The notes: a model not told the origin generated them from the sequence alone. DNA of 27,531 nucleotides from Candidatus Acetothermia bacterium (GCA_003535305.1 DOHL01000156.1:1-27531); one strand, 5' to 3'; counted from the stretch's first letter, positions 9,138 to 18,947 are shown. Translations and numbers: made by a program.

Positions 9138-9509
9138 ATGCCGACGATAAATCAATTGATCAGGTCTGGGCGTAAACCCAAAGTAAAACAGAGTAAATCG
9201 CGTGCTCTTTCTCTTTGCCCGCAAAAGAGGGGTGTATGTACGCGTGTTTATACAAGAACGCCGAAAAAACCTAATTCCGCCTTGCGCAAAGTTGCACGAG
9301 TGCGATTGAGTAATGGTAAGCTCGTTACAGCTTACATCGGAGGAGAAGGACATAGCCTGCAAGAGCACTCTATTGTGTTGGTGCGCGGCGGACGCGTCAA
9401 AGATCTTCCCGGCACCCGTTATCATATTGTGCGTGGCGCTCTTGATGCCGAAGGGGTTGAAGGTCGCAAGCGCGGCCGCTCGAAATATGGCGTAAAGAAA
9501 TCTGATTAA
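9138..9509 (+). CDS. rpsL: 30S ribosomal protein S12
   Basis: [35 protein letters not shown]. Confidence 0.99.
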   Translation: MPTINQLIRSGRKPKVKQSKSRALSLCPQKRGVCTRVYTRTPKKPNSALRKVARVRLSNGKLVTAYIGGEGHSLQEHSIVLVRGGRVKDLPGTRYHIVRGALDAEGVEGRKRGRSKYGVKKSD

Positions 9510-9659
9510 CCTCGAAGCAATAAAGGACCAAAGAGCGGTAAGGGATAAGAGGTCAGACGTCAATGAGAAAATGTGCGTTGAGAAAATAGAAGTAATGAAC
9601 TCTATGACCCTATAAATCCATTACTTCGCGGTTAAATAATTTAGGAGAACGAAACAGAG

Positions 9660-10118
9660 ATGAAATTACCTGGACGTGATTTAAACCCTGATGTCCGCTA
9701 TGGTAGTAAATTGGTTGAGAAATTCATCAACTATATCATGGTCGATGGAAAGCAAGGAGTTGCGCGGCGGATCGTCTACGATGCGTTGGCATTGGCTGAA
9801 AAGCGCAGCAAGACTCCAGCGCTTGAGCTTTTTACCGAATCAGTCGCGCACTGCTCTCCGTTACTGGAGGTTCGTACGAGACGAGTAGGTGGAGCTAACT
9901 ACCAGGTTCCGCATGAAGTGTCGCGTTCCCGGCGTATTGCCCTTGCTTTGCGTTGGATTACGACTGCAGCGCAGGCACGCGGTGAGAATACGATGGTCGA
10001 GCGGGTTGCAGGAGAGATTTTAGAGGCAAGTCGCAAGGAAGGAAAAGCATATAGTAAAAAGATCGAAGCCCACCGAATGGCCGAGTCTAATAAGGCTTTT
10101 GCTCACTACCGCTGGTAG
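9660..10118 (+). CDS. rpsG: 30S ribosomal protein S7 (shortened N-terminus)
   Basis: EVRTRRVGGANYQVP, ALRW, C-terminal HRMAESNKAFAHYRW; follows rpsL. Confidence 0.99.
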   Translation: MKLPGRDLNPDVRYGSKLVEKFINYIMVDGKQGVARRIVYDALALAEKRSKTPALELFTESVAHCSPLLEVRTRRVGGANYQVPHEVSRSRRIALALRWITTAAQARGENTMVERVAGEILEASRKEGKAYSKKIEAHRMAESNKAFAHYRW

Positions 10119-10205
10119 TTGAGCCAATACAACGAGGAAATTTTATTGACCACTGGATCAGCTATTAGAGGAAGAGTTTTGCTTTCTCAGGCAGGAAGTG
10201 GAACT

Positions 10206-12290
10206 ATGCAAATGGATAAAATCAGAAATATAGGGATTATTGCGCATATCGATGCCGGCAAGACGACTCTTACCGAACGTATCCTTTTCGCCACCGGGCA
10301 AATTCACAAAGTAGGAGAAGTTCATGAAGGAGATACAGAAATGGATTGGATGGCACAGGAGCGAGAGAGGGGAATTACAATAACTTCTGCTGTTACCAGT
10401 TGTCCGTGGAACGGCTATCGGATTAATATTATCGATACGCCCGGGCACGTTGATTTTACAGCGGAAGTGGAAAGGTCATTGCGTATCCTCGATGGCGGTG
10501 TCGTTGTCTTTTCCGGGGTGGATATGGTAGAAGCCCAATCTGAAACGGTATGGTGGCAAGCTGATCGTTACAATGTTCCTCGTATTGCGTTTATAAATAA
10601 GCTCGATCGAGTGGAATCTAATTTTCTGAAGACAGTGGAGATGATCGAGGATCGATTAAGCGGGAGAACTGTCCCGCTGCAGTTTCCATATCGCGATCCT
10701 GACCGTCGTTTTCTCGGAATGATCGACATATTAACGATGAATTTGATTATCTGGCAGGATACGACAAAAGGAATTCAGTATAAATCTATCCCGATCAGGC
10801 AAGGTGGGTCACTCTCTCTTTCGCGCCAGTTTGTCGATCGTCTTGAACGTTATCAGGAGATAGCGGTGGAGCGTGTAGCCGAGATCGACGACCGCGTGAT
10901 GGAGCGATATTTGAATGAAGGAGATATCGATCTCGATCTCTTTTATCGCTCGCTCCGACAGGGGTGTCTGGAATTCGGCTATGTCCCTGTGATAGGGGGA
11001 TCAGCGTTCACTAACCAGGGAATCCAACCCCTTCTTGATGCAATCACCGACTATTTGCCGTCGCCGATCGATGTTCCGTCGGTACACGCGGTAGATGACC
11101 CATCAACGGTGCGTTGTGCTGATGAGCAAGAACCATTGGCGGCTCTTGCGTATAAGATAATGACCGATCGCTATGCTGGTCGGCTTGTTTTTTTACGGAT
11201 ATATTCAGGAACACTGGAAGCGGGCCAGACTGTCTTCAACTCTTCCCGCAAACAGAAACTGCGAATAATGAGACTGTACAGAATGCATGCTAACGATCGG
11301 ACTCCCCTTAAGCGAGCACAGGCCGGTGATATTATTGCAGTGGTTGGTTCACAAAACATCTCTACAGGTGATACAATTTGTGATTTACAGAGCCCGATCT
11401 TATTAGAAGAGATAAAATTTCCCGAGCCGGTGATCTCAGTGGCGATCGAGCTGCGCGGCGACTCTGAATCCGTTCGATTAACAAAAGCATTGCATAAACT
11501 GGAAGCAGAGGACCCTACGTTCAGTATGTCAGTCGCTGATGATACAAACCAGATGATTATTTCAGGGATGGGAGAACTACACCTTGAAGTATTGTTGCAA
11601 CGTTTACGGGAGGAGATAGGGGTTAGTGTTAATGCGGGATTGCCGCAGGTCTCTTATCGCGAGACATTGTGTGCGCCGATAGCAGTAGAGGAGAAATTCG
11701 TCAAACAGACCGGCGGACACGGCCAGTATGGCCATGTCATTCTTGAATTCTCGCCGCTTAAGAGGGGAGCAGGGTTTGAGTTTAAATCCGAGATCAAACG
11801 GGGGGAGATTCCCCGGGAATACATCTCTTCTGTCGAAGCCGGACTGATCGCGGCACTGGACAATGGGCCGTTGGCCGGTTATCCTATAGTCGATCTCAAG
11901 GCTGTCCTTGTCGGTGGGTCATTCCATCCAGTCGATTCCTCCGATCTGGCATTTAGATCTGCTGCGACGCGCGCATTGCGTAAAGCATGCACCAAGGTGA
12001 ATTTTGCTCTTTTAGAGCCGATTATGAAAGGTGAGATCATCACGCCGGTGGAATATTTAGGCGATGTGATGGATGATATCACCCGGCGGCGCGGTACGAT
12101 CAAAGAGGTAGTAGTAAGGGATGCGGTACAGGTAATCACGGTCGCTGTTCCGCTCGCGGAGATGTTCGGTTATGCGACACAGGTACGCTCATTGACCCAA
12201 GGTCGGGCGACCCATTCGCTGTGGCCGGCGCGCTATGAGCAAGTACCAGAAAGCATTAAAGAGCAAATTATAACGAGCAGAGGGTATTGA
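10206..12290 (+). CDS. fusA: Elongation factor G (694 aa; start 10206 or 10212)
   Basis: [64 protein letters not shown]; canonical str-operon position. Confidence 0.98.
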   Translation: MQMDKIRNIGIIAHIDAGKTTLTERILFATGQIHKVGEVHEGDTEMDWMAQERERGITITSAVTSCPWNGYRINIIDTPGHVDFTAEVERSLRILDGGVVVFSGVDMVEAQSETVWWQADRYNVPRIAFINKLDRVESNFLKTVEMIEDRLSGRTVPLQFPYRDPDRRFLGMIDILTMNLIIWQDTTKGIQYKSIPIRQGGSLSLSRQFVDRLERYQEIAVERVAEIDDRVMERYLNEGDIDLDLFYRSLRQGCLEFGYVPVIGGSAFTNQGIQPLLDAITDYLPSPIDVPSVHAVDDPSTVRCADEQEPLAALAYKIMTDRYAGRLVFLRIYSGTLEAGQTVFNSSRKQKLRIMRLYRMHANDRTPLKRAQAGDIIAVVGSQNISTGDTICDLQSPILLEEIKFPEPVISVAIELRGDSESVRLTKALHKLEAEDPTFSMSVADDTNQMIISGMGELHLEVLLQRLREEIGVSVNAGLPQVSYRETLCAPIAVEEKFVKQTGGHGQYGHVILEFSPLKRGAGFEFKSEIKRGEIPREYISSVEAGLIAALDNGPLAGYPIVDLKAVLVGGSFHPVDSSDLAFRSAATRALRKACTKVNFALLEPIMKGEIITPVEYLGDVMDDITRRRGTIKEVVVRDAVQVITVAVPLAEMFGYATQVRSLTQGRATHSLWPARYEQVPESIKEQIITSRGY

Positions 12291-12291
12291 A

Positions 12292-12600
12292 ATGGCAAGA
12301 AAAAGAATAAGAATCAAGGTGCGTGGTTATGACCACAGCCTTGTTGATAACGCAGTCAGGAAAGTAGTGACTGCAACGAGTGAAACGAGAGCACAGATAG
12401 TGGGGCCGATTCCTTTACCGACGGAAAAACGGATATATACGGTGCTGCGGTCTCCCCATATCGACAAGAGATCGATGGAGCACTTTGAGCGACGGGTTCA
12501 TACCCGTCTAATCGATATCAAAGAGCCGACCTCTGAGACGATCAACGCACTGATGGATATTGAGCTTCCGACCGGCATTGATATCGCGATTAAAGTTTAA
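12292..12600 (+). CDS. rpsJ: 30S ribosomal protein S10
   Basis: RIRIKVRGYDH, GPIPLPT, TVLRSPHIDK, RLIDI. Confidence 0.99.
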   Translation: MARKRIRIKVRGYDHSLVDNAVRKVVTATSETRAQIVGPIPLPTEKRIYTVLRSPHIDKRSMEHFERRVHTRLIDIKEPTSETINALMDIELPTGIDIAIKV

Positions 12601-12608
12601 GCTCAGAT

Positions 12609-12741
12609 TATGCATTAACCACAGCCTTGTCCCGTCGAAAGACGGGAGACCACGGAGAAAGATATTAAAATTTTGTTATTATTCTCTGTGCCCCTGCCTG
12701 TGCGGAGCACGCAGACAGGTCTGTGGTTTTGTTAACGCATA
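12609..12741 (+). ncRNA. Candidate structured RNA element (four-way junction) in the rpsJ-rplC spacer; family unassigned
   Basis: Closing stems TATGC/GCATA, TTAAC/GTTAA and CACAG/CTGTG; hairpin TCCCGTC-GAAA-GACGGGA; stem CACGGAGAA/TTCTCTGTG; hairpin CCTG..TGCG-GAGCA-CGCA..CAGG. Pairings read by eye. Confidence 0.5.
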
Positions 12742-12877
12742 TTTTGGGTTAAGTTTATCATGGTGAGGCGGGAACGGAAAGAACACTTTGGTTCAGGAGA
12801 AGATAGCTTTGCTGTTATAAGACAGGAATAAGATCGAGTAGTTCTTTTTCTGGTAATTTTGGAAGGTGGGTTTTAAC

Positions 12878-13501
12878 ATGACATTGGCGATATTAGGAAA
12901 AAAGATAGGGATGACACAGCTCTTTGAGGGTAATAGCGCTGTTGCGGTAACGGTTATAGAGGTCGAGCCGTCAGTAGTCGTCCAAATAAAAACAGAGAAG
13001 AATGATGGATATAATGCGCTGCAACTTGGATACCGCAAAATAGATAAAAAAAGACTTCCCCGTCCCCTGCAAGGGCATTTTGATAAAGCGGGTGTGGAGT
13101 CACGACGACATCTCTTTGAAGTCCGGATCGATGAGGTAGATCAATATAACGTGGGAGATGAGATCGATGTGGGAATATTTGCGGAGAAAGAGAAGATAGA
13201 TGTTTGCGGAATTTCACGCGGGTTGGGTTTTCAAGGGGTCATGAAACGGTGGAATTTTGCAGGTGGCCCGGCATCACATGGTTCGCACTTCCATCGCAAA
13301 CCCGGATCAATAGGAATGTGTGTTAAGCCGGGCCGAGTGCTTAAAGGGAAAAAGATGCCTGGTCATGCCGGAGCCAAGCGTGTGACAATGAAGAGCTTGC
13401 AAGTGATAAGAGTCGCTAAGGAGAAAAATTTGATCGTTGTGAAGGGATCTACTCCCGGCACACTAAACTCTCTGTTGCAATTGAGGAAGAGTCATGGTTG
13501 A
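12878..13501 (+). CDS. rplC: 50S ribosomal protein L3
   Basis: ILGKKIGMTQ, GYNALQLG, GFQGVMKRW, KGKKMPGH; ATG 12878 after GGAAGGTGG. Confidence 0.99.
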   Translation: MTLAILGKKIGMTQLFEGNSAVAVTVIEVEPSVVVQIKTEKNDGYNALQLGYRKIDKKRLPRPLQGHFDKAGVESRRHLFEVRIDEVDQYNVGDEIDVGIFAEKEKIDVCGISRGLGFQGVMKRWNFAGGPASHGSHFHRKPGSIGMCVKPGRVLKGKKMPGHAGAKRVTMKSLQVIRVAKEKNLIVVKGSTPGTLNSLLQLRKSHG

Positions 13502-14132
13502 AGCAATTTTACATACTTTTACAGAGGAAGAGGAAGCGACTAAGTTTGCTCTAAGCGAGCAGATATTTGCCGCTCCGGTTAACAGGGATCTCCTTTATCG
13601 CGTTGTTCGAGCGCAATTAGCAGGACGGCGTCAAGGGACCGCATCGACGAAGAAGCGGGGAGAGGTCGCTGGAGGAGGACATAAACCCTGGAGACAGAAG
13701 GGATCCGGTCGTGCAAGGCATGGGACACGGCGATCACCGTTATGGGTCGGAGGAGGAATAACTTTTGGCCCCAAGCCACGTGATTATACGGTCAATCTCA
13801 ATAAGAAAATGCGGCGCGGCGCACTGGCTGCTGCATTGAGCACGCGCATTACAGAAGAGAAACTGATATTGATCGACAGAATTGAATTTGATGCTCCGAA
13901 GACAAAGGCGGCGCTTTCGTTGCTTAAGCGCGTAGGCAAAGAAGATTCGACTCTTGTAGTTGTGGGAACAGGCGAGTATAATAAAATAACGAAAAAGGCG
14001 TTCGCTAATATTCCCAGTGTTAAATGTCTGCCAAGTCATGGTCTTAATGTATATGATATTTTACGGTATCAAGGGTTATTGTTGACCTTATCGGCACTCG
14101 AGGAGATTGAGGAGAGGTTTAAAAATGGCTAA
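13494..14132 (+). CDS. rplD: 50S ribosomal protein L4
   Basis: RQGTASTKKRGEVAGGG, KPWRQKGSGRAR, GGGITFGPKPRDY. Confidence 0.99.
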   Translation: MVEAILHTFTEEEEATKFALSEQIFAAPVNRDLLYRVVRAQLAGRRQGTASTKKRGEVAGGGHKPWRQKGSGRARHGTRRSPLWVGGGITFGPKPRDYTVNLNKKMRRGALAAALSTRITEEKLILIDRIEFDAPKTKAALSLLKRVGKEDSTLVVVGTGEYNKITKKAFANIPSVKCLPSHGLNVYDILRYQGLLLTLSALEEIEERFKNG

Positions 14133-14427
14133 GTCGGCATACTTTGAAGATATCATAATGGAACCATTGCTTACTGAAGCAACTTGGAGATTGATGGAAG
14201 ATAATAAATATGCGTTCAAAGTTGCTTTTACGGCCAATAAGATTCAGATCAAGCGTGCAGTAGAGGGACTATTTAAAGTAAAGGTAGAGAAGGTCTGGAC
14301 AGCTAACCTGAAAGGTAAACCGCGCCGTGAAAGACTTACACAGATGCATGGAAGAACGAAACGGTGGCGGAAAGCAATCGTTAAACTTGCTCCTGGAAAC
14401 AAAATAGAATTAGTCAGTAGTGGATAA
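14125..14427 (+). CDS. rplW: 50S ribosomal protein L23
   Basis: PLLTE, ANKIQIKRAVE.LF.VKV.KV, WRKAIVKL; position between rplD and rplB. Confidence 0.97.
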   Translation: MAKSAYFEDIIMEPLLTEATWRLMEDNKYAFKVAFTANKIQIKRAVEGLFKVKVEKVWTANLKGKPRRERLTQMHGRTKRWRKAIVKLAPGNKIELVSSG

Positions 14428-14481
14428 GCTGCTATAAAGATGGAGACAAGCAGCGTCAACAGAGAATAAAAAGAGGTAAAG

Positions 14482-15315
14482 ATGTCCTCAAAAAGATTTA
14501 GGCCCACTTCGCCCGGATTACGCCATGCAGAGCTGCCTGATTACAGCGAATTATCAAAAGTGAAACCGGAGAAAAGTTTGCTGGTTCCGATTCGCAAAAA
14601 GGGCGGGCGAAATAACCAAGGAAAAACAACTGTCCGCTGGCGAGGCGGAGGGCATAAACGACATTATCGAACCATTGATTTTGTTCGCTCTAAAGATGGA
14701 GTTCCGGCTAAGGTGGCAACGATTGAATATGATCCCAATCGATCGGCATGGATAACACTTCTCCATTATGTTGACGGGGAGAAAAGGTATATAATAAGCC
14801 CATTGGCTCTGCCGATTGGACGGACCGTCGAATCAGGAGAAGAGGCGGAAACACTACCGGGCAATGCGTTGCCTATGCATCGTATTCCTCTTGGGTTGAC
14901 GATACATAATATTGAACTTTATCCTGGCAGTGGGGCGAAGATAGCTCGTTCCGCCGGCACAGGAGCGAAGCTTCTTGCCAAAGAAGATGGGCGAGTACAC
15001 ATCCGTCTGCCGTCGGGAGAAGTAAGAATATTCACCGATCGTTGTCGGGCAACGATCGGTGAAGTCAGTAACCCGGATCATAAGAACATCAAACATGGTA
15101 AAGCGGGACGAGTTCGCCATCTGGGGCGCAGGCCACATGTAAGAGGCGTTGCCATGAATCCTGTTGATCACCCTCATGGAGGGGGAGAGGGGCGTGCCCG
15201 GGTAGGGCGACCACAGGTCTCGCCGACGGGTAAATTAGCTAAGGGAGGGCGAACACGCAGTAAGAAGAAGAGCAACAGCATGATCGTCCGCCGGGCCGGC
15301 AAAGGGAGGAGATAA
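14482..15315 (+). CDS. rplB: 50S ribosomal protein L2
   Basis: GGRNNQG, GGGHKR.YR, IEYDPNRSA, RGVAMNPVDHPHGGGEG. Confidence 0.99.
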   Translation: MSSKRFRPTSPGLRHAELPDYSELSKVKPEKSLLVPIRKKGGRNNQGKTTVRWRGGGHKRHYRTIDFVRSKDGVPAKVATIEYDPNRSAWITLLHYVDGEKRYIISPLALPIGRTVESGEEAETLPGNALPMHRIPLGLTIHNIELYPGSGAKIARSAGTGAKLLAKEDGRVHIRLPSGEVRIFTDRCRATIGEVSNPDHKNIKHGKAGRVRHLGRRPHVRGVAMNPVDHPHGGGEGRARVGRPQVSPTGKLAKGGRTRSKKKSNSMIVRRAGKGRR

Positions 15316-15347
15316 ACAGTGATTAACGAAAGGAGCAGGGGTTAAAG

Positions 15348-15632
15348 ATGCCAAGGTCGATTAAAAAAGGGCCATATGTCGATGCAAAGCTACTAAAGAA
15401 AGTTCATCAGGCAAAACGGGGTGAAATAAAGGAGATAATAACGTGGTCGCGGGCATCGATGATCACACCGGAGATGGTCGGGTTAACGATCCGTGTTCAT
15501 AACGGAAAGATTCATATACCGGTCAATGTCGTTGAGAATATGGTCGGCCATAAATTGGGAGAGTTTGCTCCTACACGTACATTTCGCCACCACGGCGGGG
15601 TAAGGAAGAAAAAGACCCCAGCATTGACATAG
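15348..15632 (+). CDS. rpsS: 30S ribosomal protein S19
   Basis: [31 protein letters not shown]. Confidence 0.99.
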   Translation: MPRSIKKGPYVDAKLLKKVHQAKRGEIKEIITWSRASMITPEMVGLTIRVHNGKIHIPVNVVENMVGHKLGEFAPTRTFRHHGGVRKKKTPALT

Positions 15633-15657
15633 CCTGTCGCGCTCATTAGAGGGAAAG

Positions 15658-15996
15658 ATGGAAGCACGAGCAGCAGTAAAATTCATCAGGATATCACCAT
15701 TTAAGGTTCGGTTGGTCATTGATGCGATCCGCGGAAAAGATTTGAGTGAAGCGCTCAATATCGTTACATTGTCAACTAAAAAAGCAGCCGGCCCGGTGAA
15801 AAAAGTACTGGAATCAGCATTGGCGAATGCCGAGAATAATTACAATTTCGATGTAGATCGGCTCTGGGTTTCTGAGGCCTACGTTGATGAAGGACGGACA
15901 TTAAAGCGGATGAAGATGCGAGCAATGGGTCGGGCTGATCTTATACGTCGGCGGACGAGTAATATCACGATAATCCTTACAGAGAGGGGAGATTGA
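15658..15996 (+). CDS. rplV: 50S ribosomal protein L22
   Basis: IRISPFKVRLV, SALANAENN, RAMGRA..IRRRTSNITI. Confidence 0.99.
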   Translation: MEARAAVKFIRISPFKVRLVIDAIRGKDLSEALNIVTLSTKKAAGPVKKVLESALANAENNYNFDVDRLWVSEAYVDEGRTLKRMKMRAMGRADLIRRRTSNITIILTERGD

Positions 15997-16673
15997 TGGG
16001 GCAAAAGACGCATCCGGTAGGATTTAGAATAGGGATTACCCGGGGTTGGTCATCGAATTGGTTCAGCCGTAAAAAGACCCCTGAATATATTTTGGAGGAT
16101 AGGAATATCCGTGAGCTGACCAAAGAAAGATATCGAGGCGCATATGTGACAGAGGTCAATATCGAACGGCCGAAAGAAGATAGAGTTTCAATCGTAATTC
16201 GTTCGGCGCGGCCAGGAATTATCATTGGCAGAGGAGGCAAGGAGATAACTAAATTTCAGGCGATTCTGGAAAAACTCACCGGACGTGAGGTTAAAATTTC
16301 CATTACAGAAGTCGAACGACCTGATTTAGAAGCGGTTCTCGTTGCGCAAGACGTGGCGATGCAAATAGAAGGACGCACTGCCCCGAACCGTGCGATGAAA
16401 GATGTCATCCGTCGTGTCCGTGCTGCTGGAGCATTGGGGGTTAAAATTCAATGTAGCGGCCGCTTGGGCGGAGCTGAGATTGCGCGTTCGCTCAAAATGA
16501 TGGATGGAAGAGTTCCCTTACAGACAATTCGTGCTGATATCGATTATGGTTTATGCGAAGCAAAGACAAAGTATGGCAACATCGGGGTAAAAGCATGGGT
16601 TTTCCGCGGTGAAGGTCGTGTTTGGAAAGGGACTACGACACACGATTCAGAGAGATCAAAACTTAACAGATAA
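15996..16673 (+). CDS. rpsC: 30S ribosomal protein S3
   Basis: MGQKTHPVGFRIG, RPGIIIGRGG, SGRLGGAEIAR, GRVPLQTIRADIDY; ATG overlaps the rplV stop (TGATG). Confidence 0.99.
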   Translation: MGQKTHPVGFRIGITRGWSSNWFSRKKTPEYILEDRNIRELTKERYRGAYVTEVNIERPKEDRVSIVIRSARPGIIIGRGGKEITKFQAILEKLTGREVKISITEVERPDLEAVLVAQDVAMQIEGRTAPNRAMKDVIRRVRAAGALGVKIQCSGRLGGAEIARSLKMMDGRVPLQTIRADIDYGLCEAKTKYGNIGVKAWVFRGEGRVWKGTTTHDSERSKLNR

Positions 16674-16738
16674 GAGGTCTTAAGCGCAGTCGCAGTCGCC
16701 GGAACGCTTCTGCGTAACAAAAAATTGAAGGTTGATCA

Positions 16739-17170
16739 ATGGCATTATTGTTTCCTAAACGGACTAAATATCGGAAATTTCATCGCGGACGGATGAAAGG
16801 GAAAGCGACACAAGGGTGTGAAATCGCTTTCGGTGACTATGCAATTCAGGCTCTGGCTCCAGCATGGATTACCCAACAGCAGATCGAATCGGCGCGTACG
16901 ACGATCAGCCGGCAAACTCAGCGGGATTCAAAGATTTGGATCAGGGTCTTTCCTGATAAAGGAATCACTAAGAAACCGGCGGAAACGCGGATGGGAAAAG
17001 GTAAAGGTGCGATTGATAATTGGGTGGCGGTAGTGAAAACCGGTAGAATTTTGTTTGAAATCTCCGGCATAACCGATGAGAAAGCGAAAAGAATCCACCA
17101 ACTTGTTTCGCACAAGCTTCCCATCCCAACGCGATTGAAACGGAAAACAAAGCTGGGGGGAGAGCGGTGA
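16739..17170 (+). CDS. rplP: 50S ribosomal protein L16
   Basis: [32 protein letters not shown]. Confidence 0.99.
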   Translation: MALLFPKRTKYRKFHRGRMKGKATQGCEIAFGDYAIQALAPAWITQQQIESARTTISRQTQRDSKIWIRVFPDKGITKKPAETRMGKGKGAIDNWVAVVKTGRILFEISGITDEKAKRIHQLVSHKLPIPTRLKRKTKLGGER

Positions 17171-17358
17171 AGGCGAGTGAATTGCGCGAGATGACGAAGG
17201 AAGAGCTATTCCAAAAAGAAGGGGAACTGAAACAGAAATGGTTCAATTTACGGTTCCAAAAAGCGACCGGTGAACTTGACAACACGACGGAAATTGTGAA
17301 AACAAAACGTGATATCGCGCGCGTCATGACGATTATCCGTGAGCGGTCTATTACCTGA
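17167..17358 (+). CDS. rpmC: 50S ribosomal protein L29
   Basis: [29 protein letters not shown]; GTG start overlaps the rplP stop. Confidence 0.97.
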   Translation: MKASELREMTKEELFQKEGELKQKWFNLRFQKATGELDNTTEIVKTKRDIARVMTIIRERSIT

Positions 17359-17384
17359 TAGACCAGAGTAGTGGAGGCTTGAGG

Positions 17385-17630
17385 ATGAAGAGAGAGAAGG
17401 TTGGACGGGTAGTGAGCGACCGCATGGCAAAGACGATCGTCGTAGAAGTGGAGAGGCGACAGCGTCATCCTTTATATCGGAAATTTGTCAATAAGCGGTC
17501 TAAATTTCATGCTCATGATGAAGCAAACAGAGCGGTAATCGGCGATCTGGTAAAAATAGAAGAGACACGGCCGCTCAGCCGCAAAAAGCATTGGAAATTA
17601 GTGGAAATTCTCAAACAGGCGGAGGCCTAA
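17385..17630 (+). CDS. rpsQ: 30S ribosomal protein S17 (start 17385 or 17379)
   Basis: [35 protein letters not shown]; GGAGG at 17373-17377. Confidence 0.98.
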   Translation: MKREKVGRVVSDRMAKTIVVEVERRQRHPLYRKFVNKRSKFHAHDEANRAVIGDLVKIEETRPLSRKKHWKLVEILKQAEA

Positions 17631-17631
17631 G

Positions 17632-18000
17632 TTGATTCAACCAGAGACAAAAGTAAAAGTTTCGGATAATTCAGGGGCTAAGCTCGTCAAATGCATCACT
17701 GTGTTGGGAGGTTCAAAGGCCCAACGCGGAGAGGTCGGAGATATTATTGTCGGTTCGGTGCGCAAGCGTCTACCGACAAGCGGCATCGAAAAAGGAGAGA
17801 TAGTTCGTGGTGTCATTGTGCGTACACGCAGTTCGTTCCGCCGTAAAGATGGAAGTTATATCCGCTTTGATGATAATGCTATTGTGCTGATAAATAATCA
17901 AATGGAACCGGTGGGAACACGGATTTTTGGACCGGTGCCGCGGGAATTACGCGAGAAGAAGATGATGCGCATCCTCTCCCTTACTCCGGAAGTATTATAG
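17632..18000 (+). CDS. rplN: 50S ribosomal protein L14
   Basis: MIQ...[32 protein letters not shown]; TTG start. Confidence 0.99.
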   Translation: MIQPETKVKVSDNSGAKLVKCITVLGGSKAQRGEVGDIIVGSVRKRLPTSGIEKGEIVRGVIVRTRSSFRRKDGSYIRFDDNAIVLINNQMEPVGTRIFGPVPRELREKKMMRILSLTPEVL

Positions 18001-18009
18001 GAGAACGTA

Positions 18010-18321
18010 ATGCGTAAGGTAAAAAAAGGCGATAGAGTACGGGTGATTGCGGGAAATGACCAGGGCAAGGAAGGCAAGGTTCTGACGATCTACCCAAACG
18101 AGGACAGAATTATCGTTGATAATATCAATATAATCACCAAGCACCAACGAGCAACGCAGACGATGCGTGAGCCCGGGATCGTCAAGCGACCGGGCAAGAT
18201 CCATATCTCGAATGTTCTGGTAATCTGTCCGGAATGCAACGTGTCTACACGTATCGGATTTGTCTTTGAGGAAGGCGAAAAGATGCGTAAGTGCAAACAA
18301 TGCGGGGAGATATTCAAGTGA
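18010..18321 (+). CDS. rplX: 50S ribosomal protein L24 (CxxC...CxxC form)
   Basis: KKGDRVRVIAG.D.GKEGKV, IHISNV; CPEC and CKQC. Confidence 0.99.
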   Translation: MRKVKKGDRVRVIAGNDQGKEGKVLTIYPNEDRIIVDNINIITKHQRATQTMREPGIVKRPGKIHISNVLVICPECNVSTRIGFVFEEGEKMRKCKQCGEIFK

Positions 18322-18405
18322 AAAATTCTCTGCTATGGAAACGAGCCGGAGGAGAGATGCTCGTAAACGTGATTGCAAGTAGTTGTGTTTGTAAAAAGAG
18401 GTAAA

Positions 18406-18936
18406 ATGCTGCAAGAGAAATTTAAAACTGAGACCATCCCGCAGTTGATGGAAGATTTGGCGTATACCAATGTGATGCAGATACCGCGGATTGAGAAGAT
18501 AGTTATCAATATGGGGGTTTCAGCAAAGGATAACCCTAAAATTCTCGAAGGAGCTGTGGCGAATCTTACTAAAATAGCCGGTCAGAGACCGCTCGTTACG
18601 CGAGCGCGAAAATCGATATCAGATTTTAACATCACTAAAGGGGATCCGATTGGCTGTAAAGTGACTTTGCGTCGTCAACGAGCGTATGGGTTATTGGAGA
18701 AGTTAATAAATGCAGTCCTTCCCGGAATACGTGATTTTAAAGGGCTCTCCGCTGCTTCGTTCGATGGACGTGGTAATTATACAGTAGGAATCCAAGAGCA
18801 ACTGATCTTTCCTGAAATTTCCTACGATGAGATAACAGCGATACAGGGAATGGATATTACAATCGTCACAACAGCGAAGACGGATCGAGAAGGATATGCG
18901 CTTCTGAAGAGTTTAGGGATACCGTTTAACGATTAA
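18406..18936 (+). CDS. rplE: 50S ribosomal protein L5
   Basis: [41 protein letters not shown]; ATG 18406 after GAGGT. Confidence 0.99.
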   Translation: MLQEKFKTETIPQLMEDLAYTNVMQIPRIEKIVINMGVSAKDNPKILEGAVANLTKIAGQRPLVTRARKSISDFNITKGDPIGCKVTLRRQRAYGLLEKLINAVLPGIRDFKGLSAASFDGRGNYTVGIQEQLIFPEISYDEITAIQGMDITIVTTAKTDREGYALLKSLGIPFND

Positions 18937-18947
18937 ATGGGGGATGA

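Noticed and set aside
9138-9509. Streptomycin-resistance alleles in rpsL
   Set aside because: The PKKPNS and RVKDLPG lysines are wild type.
12620-12660. Resemblance to the c-di-GMP-I (GEMM) riboswitch GAAA hairpin
   Set aside because: Only the CCCGUC-GAAA-GACGGG arm is similar; the flanking conserved GGCAAA and GACGCAAAG segments and the second-stem receptor are absent.
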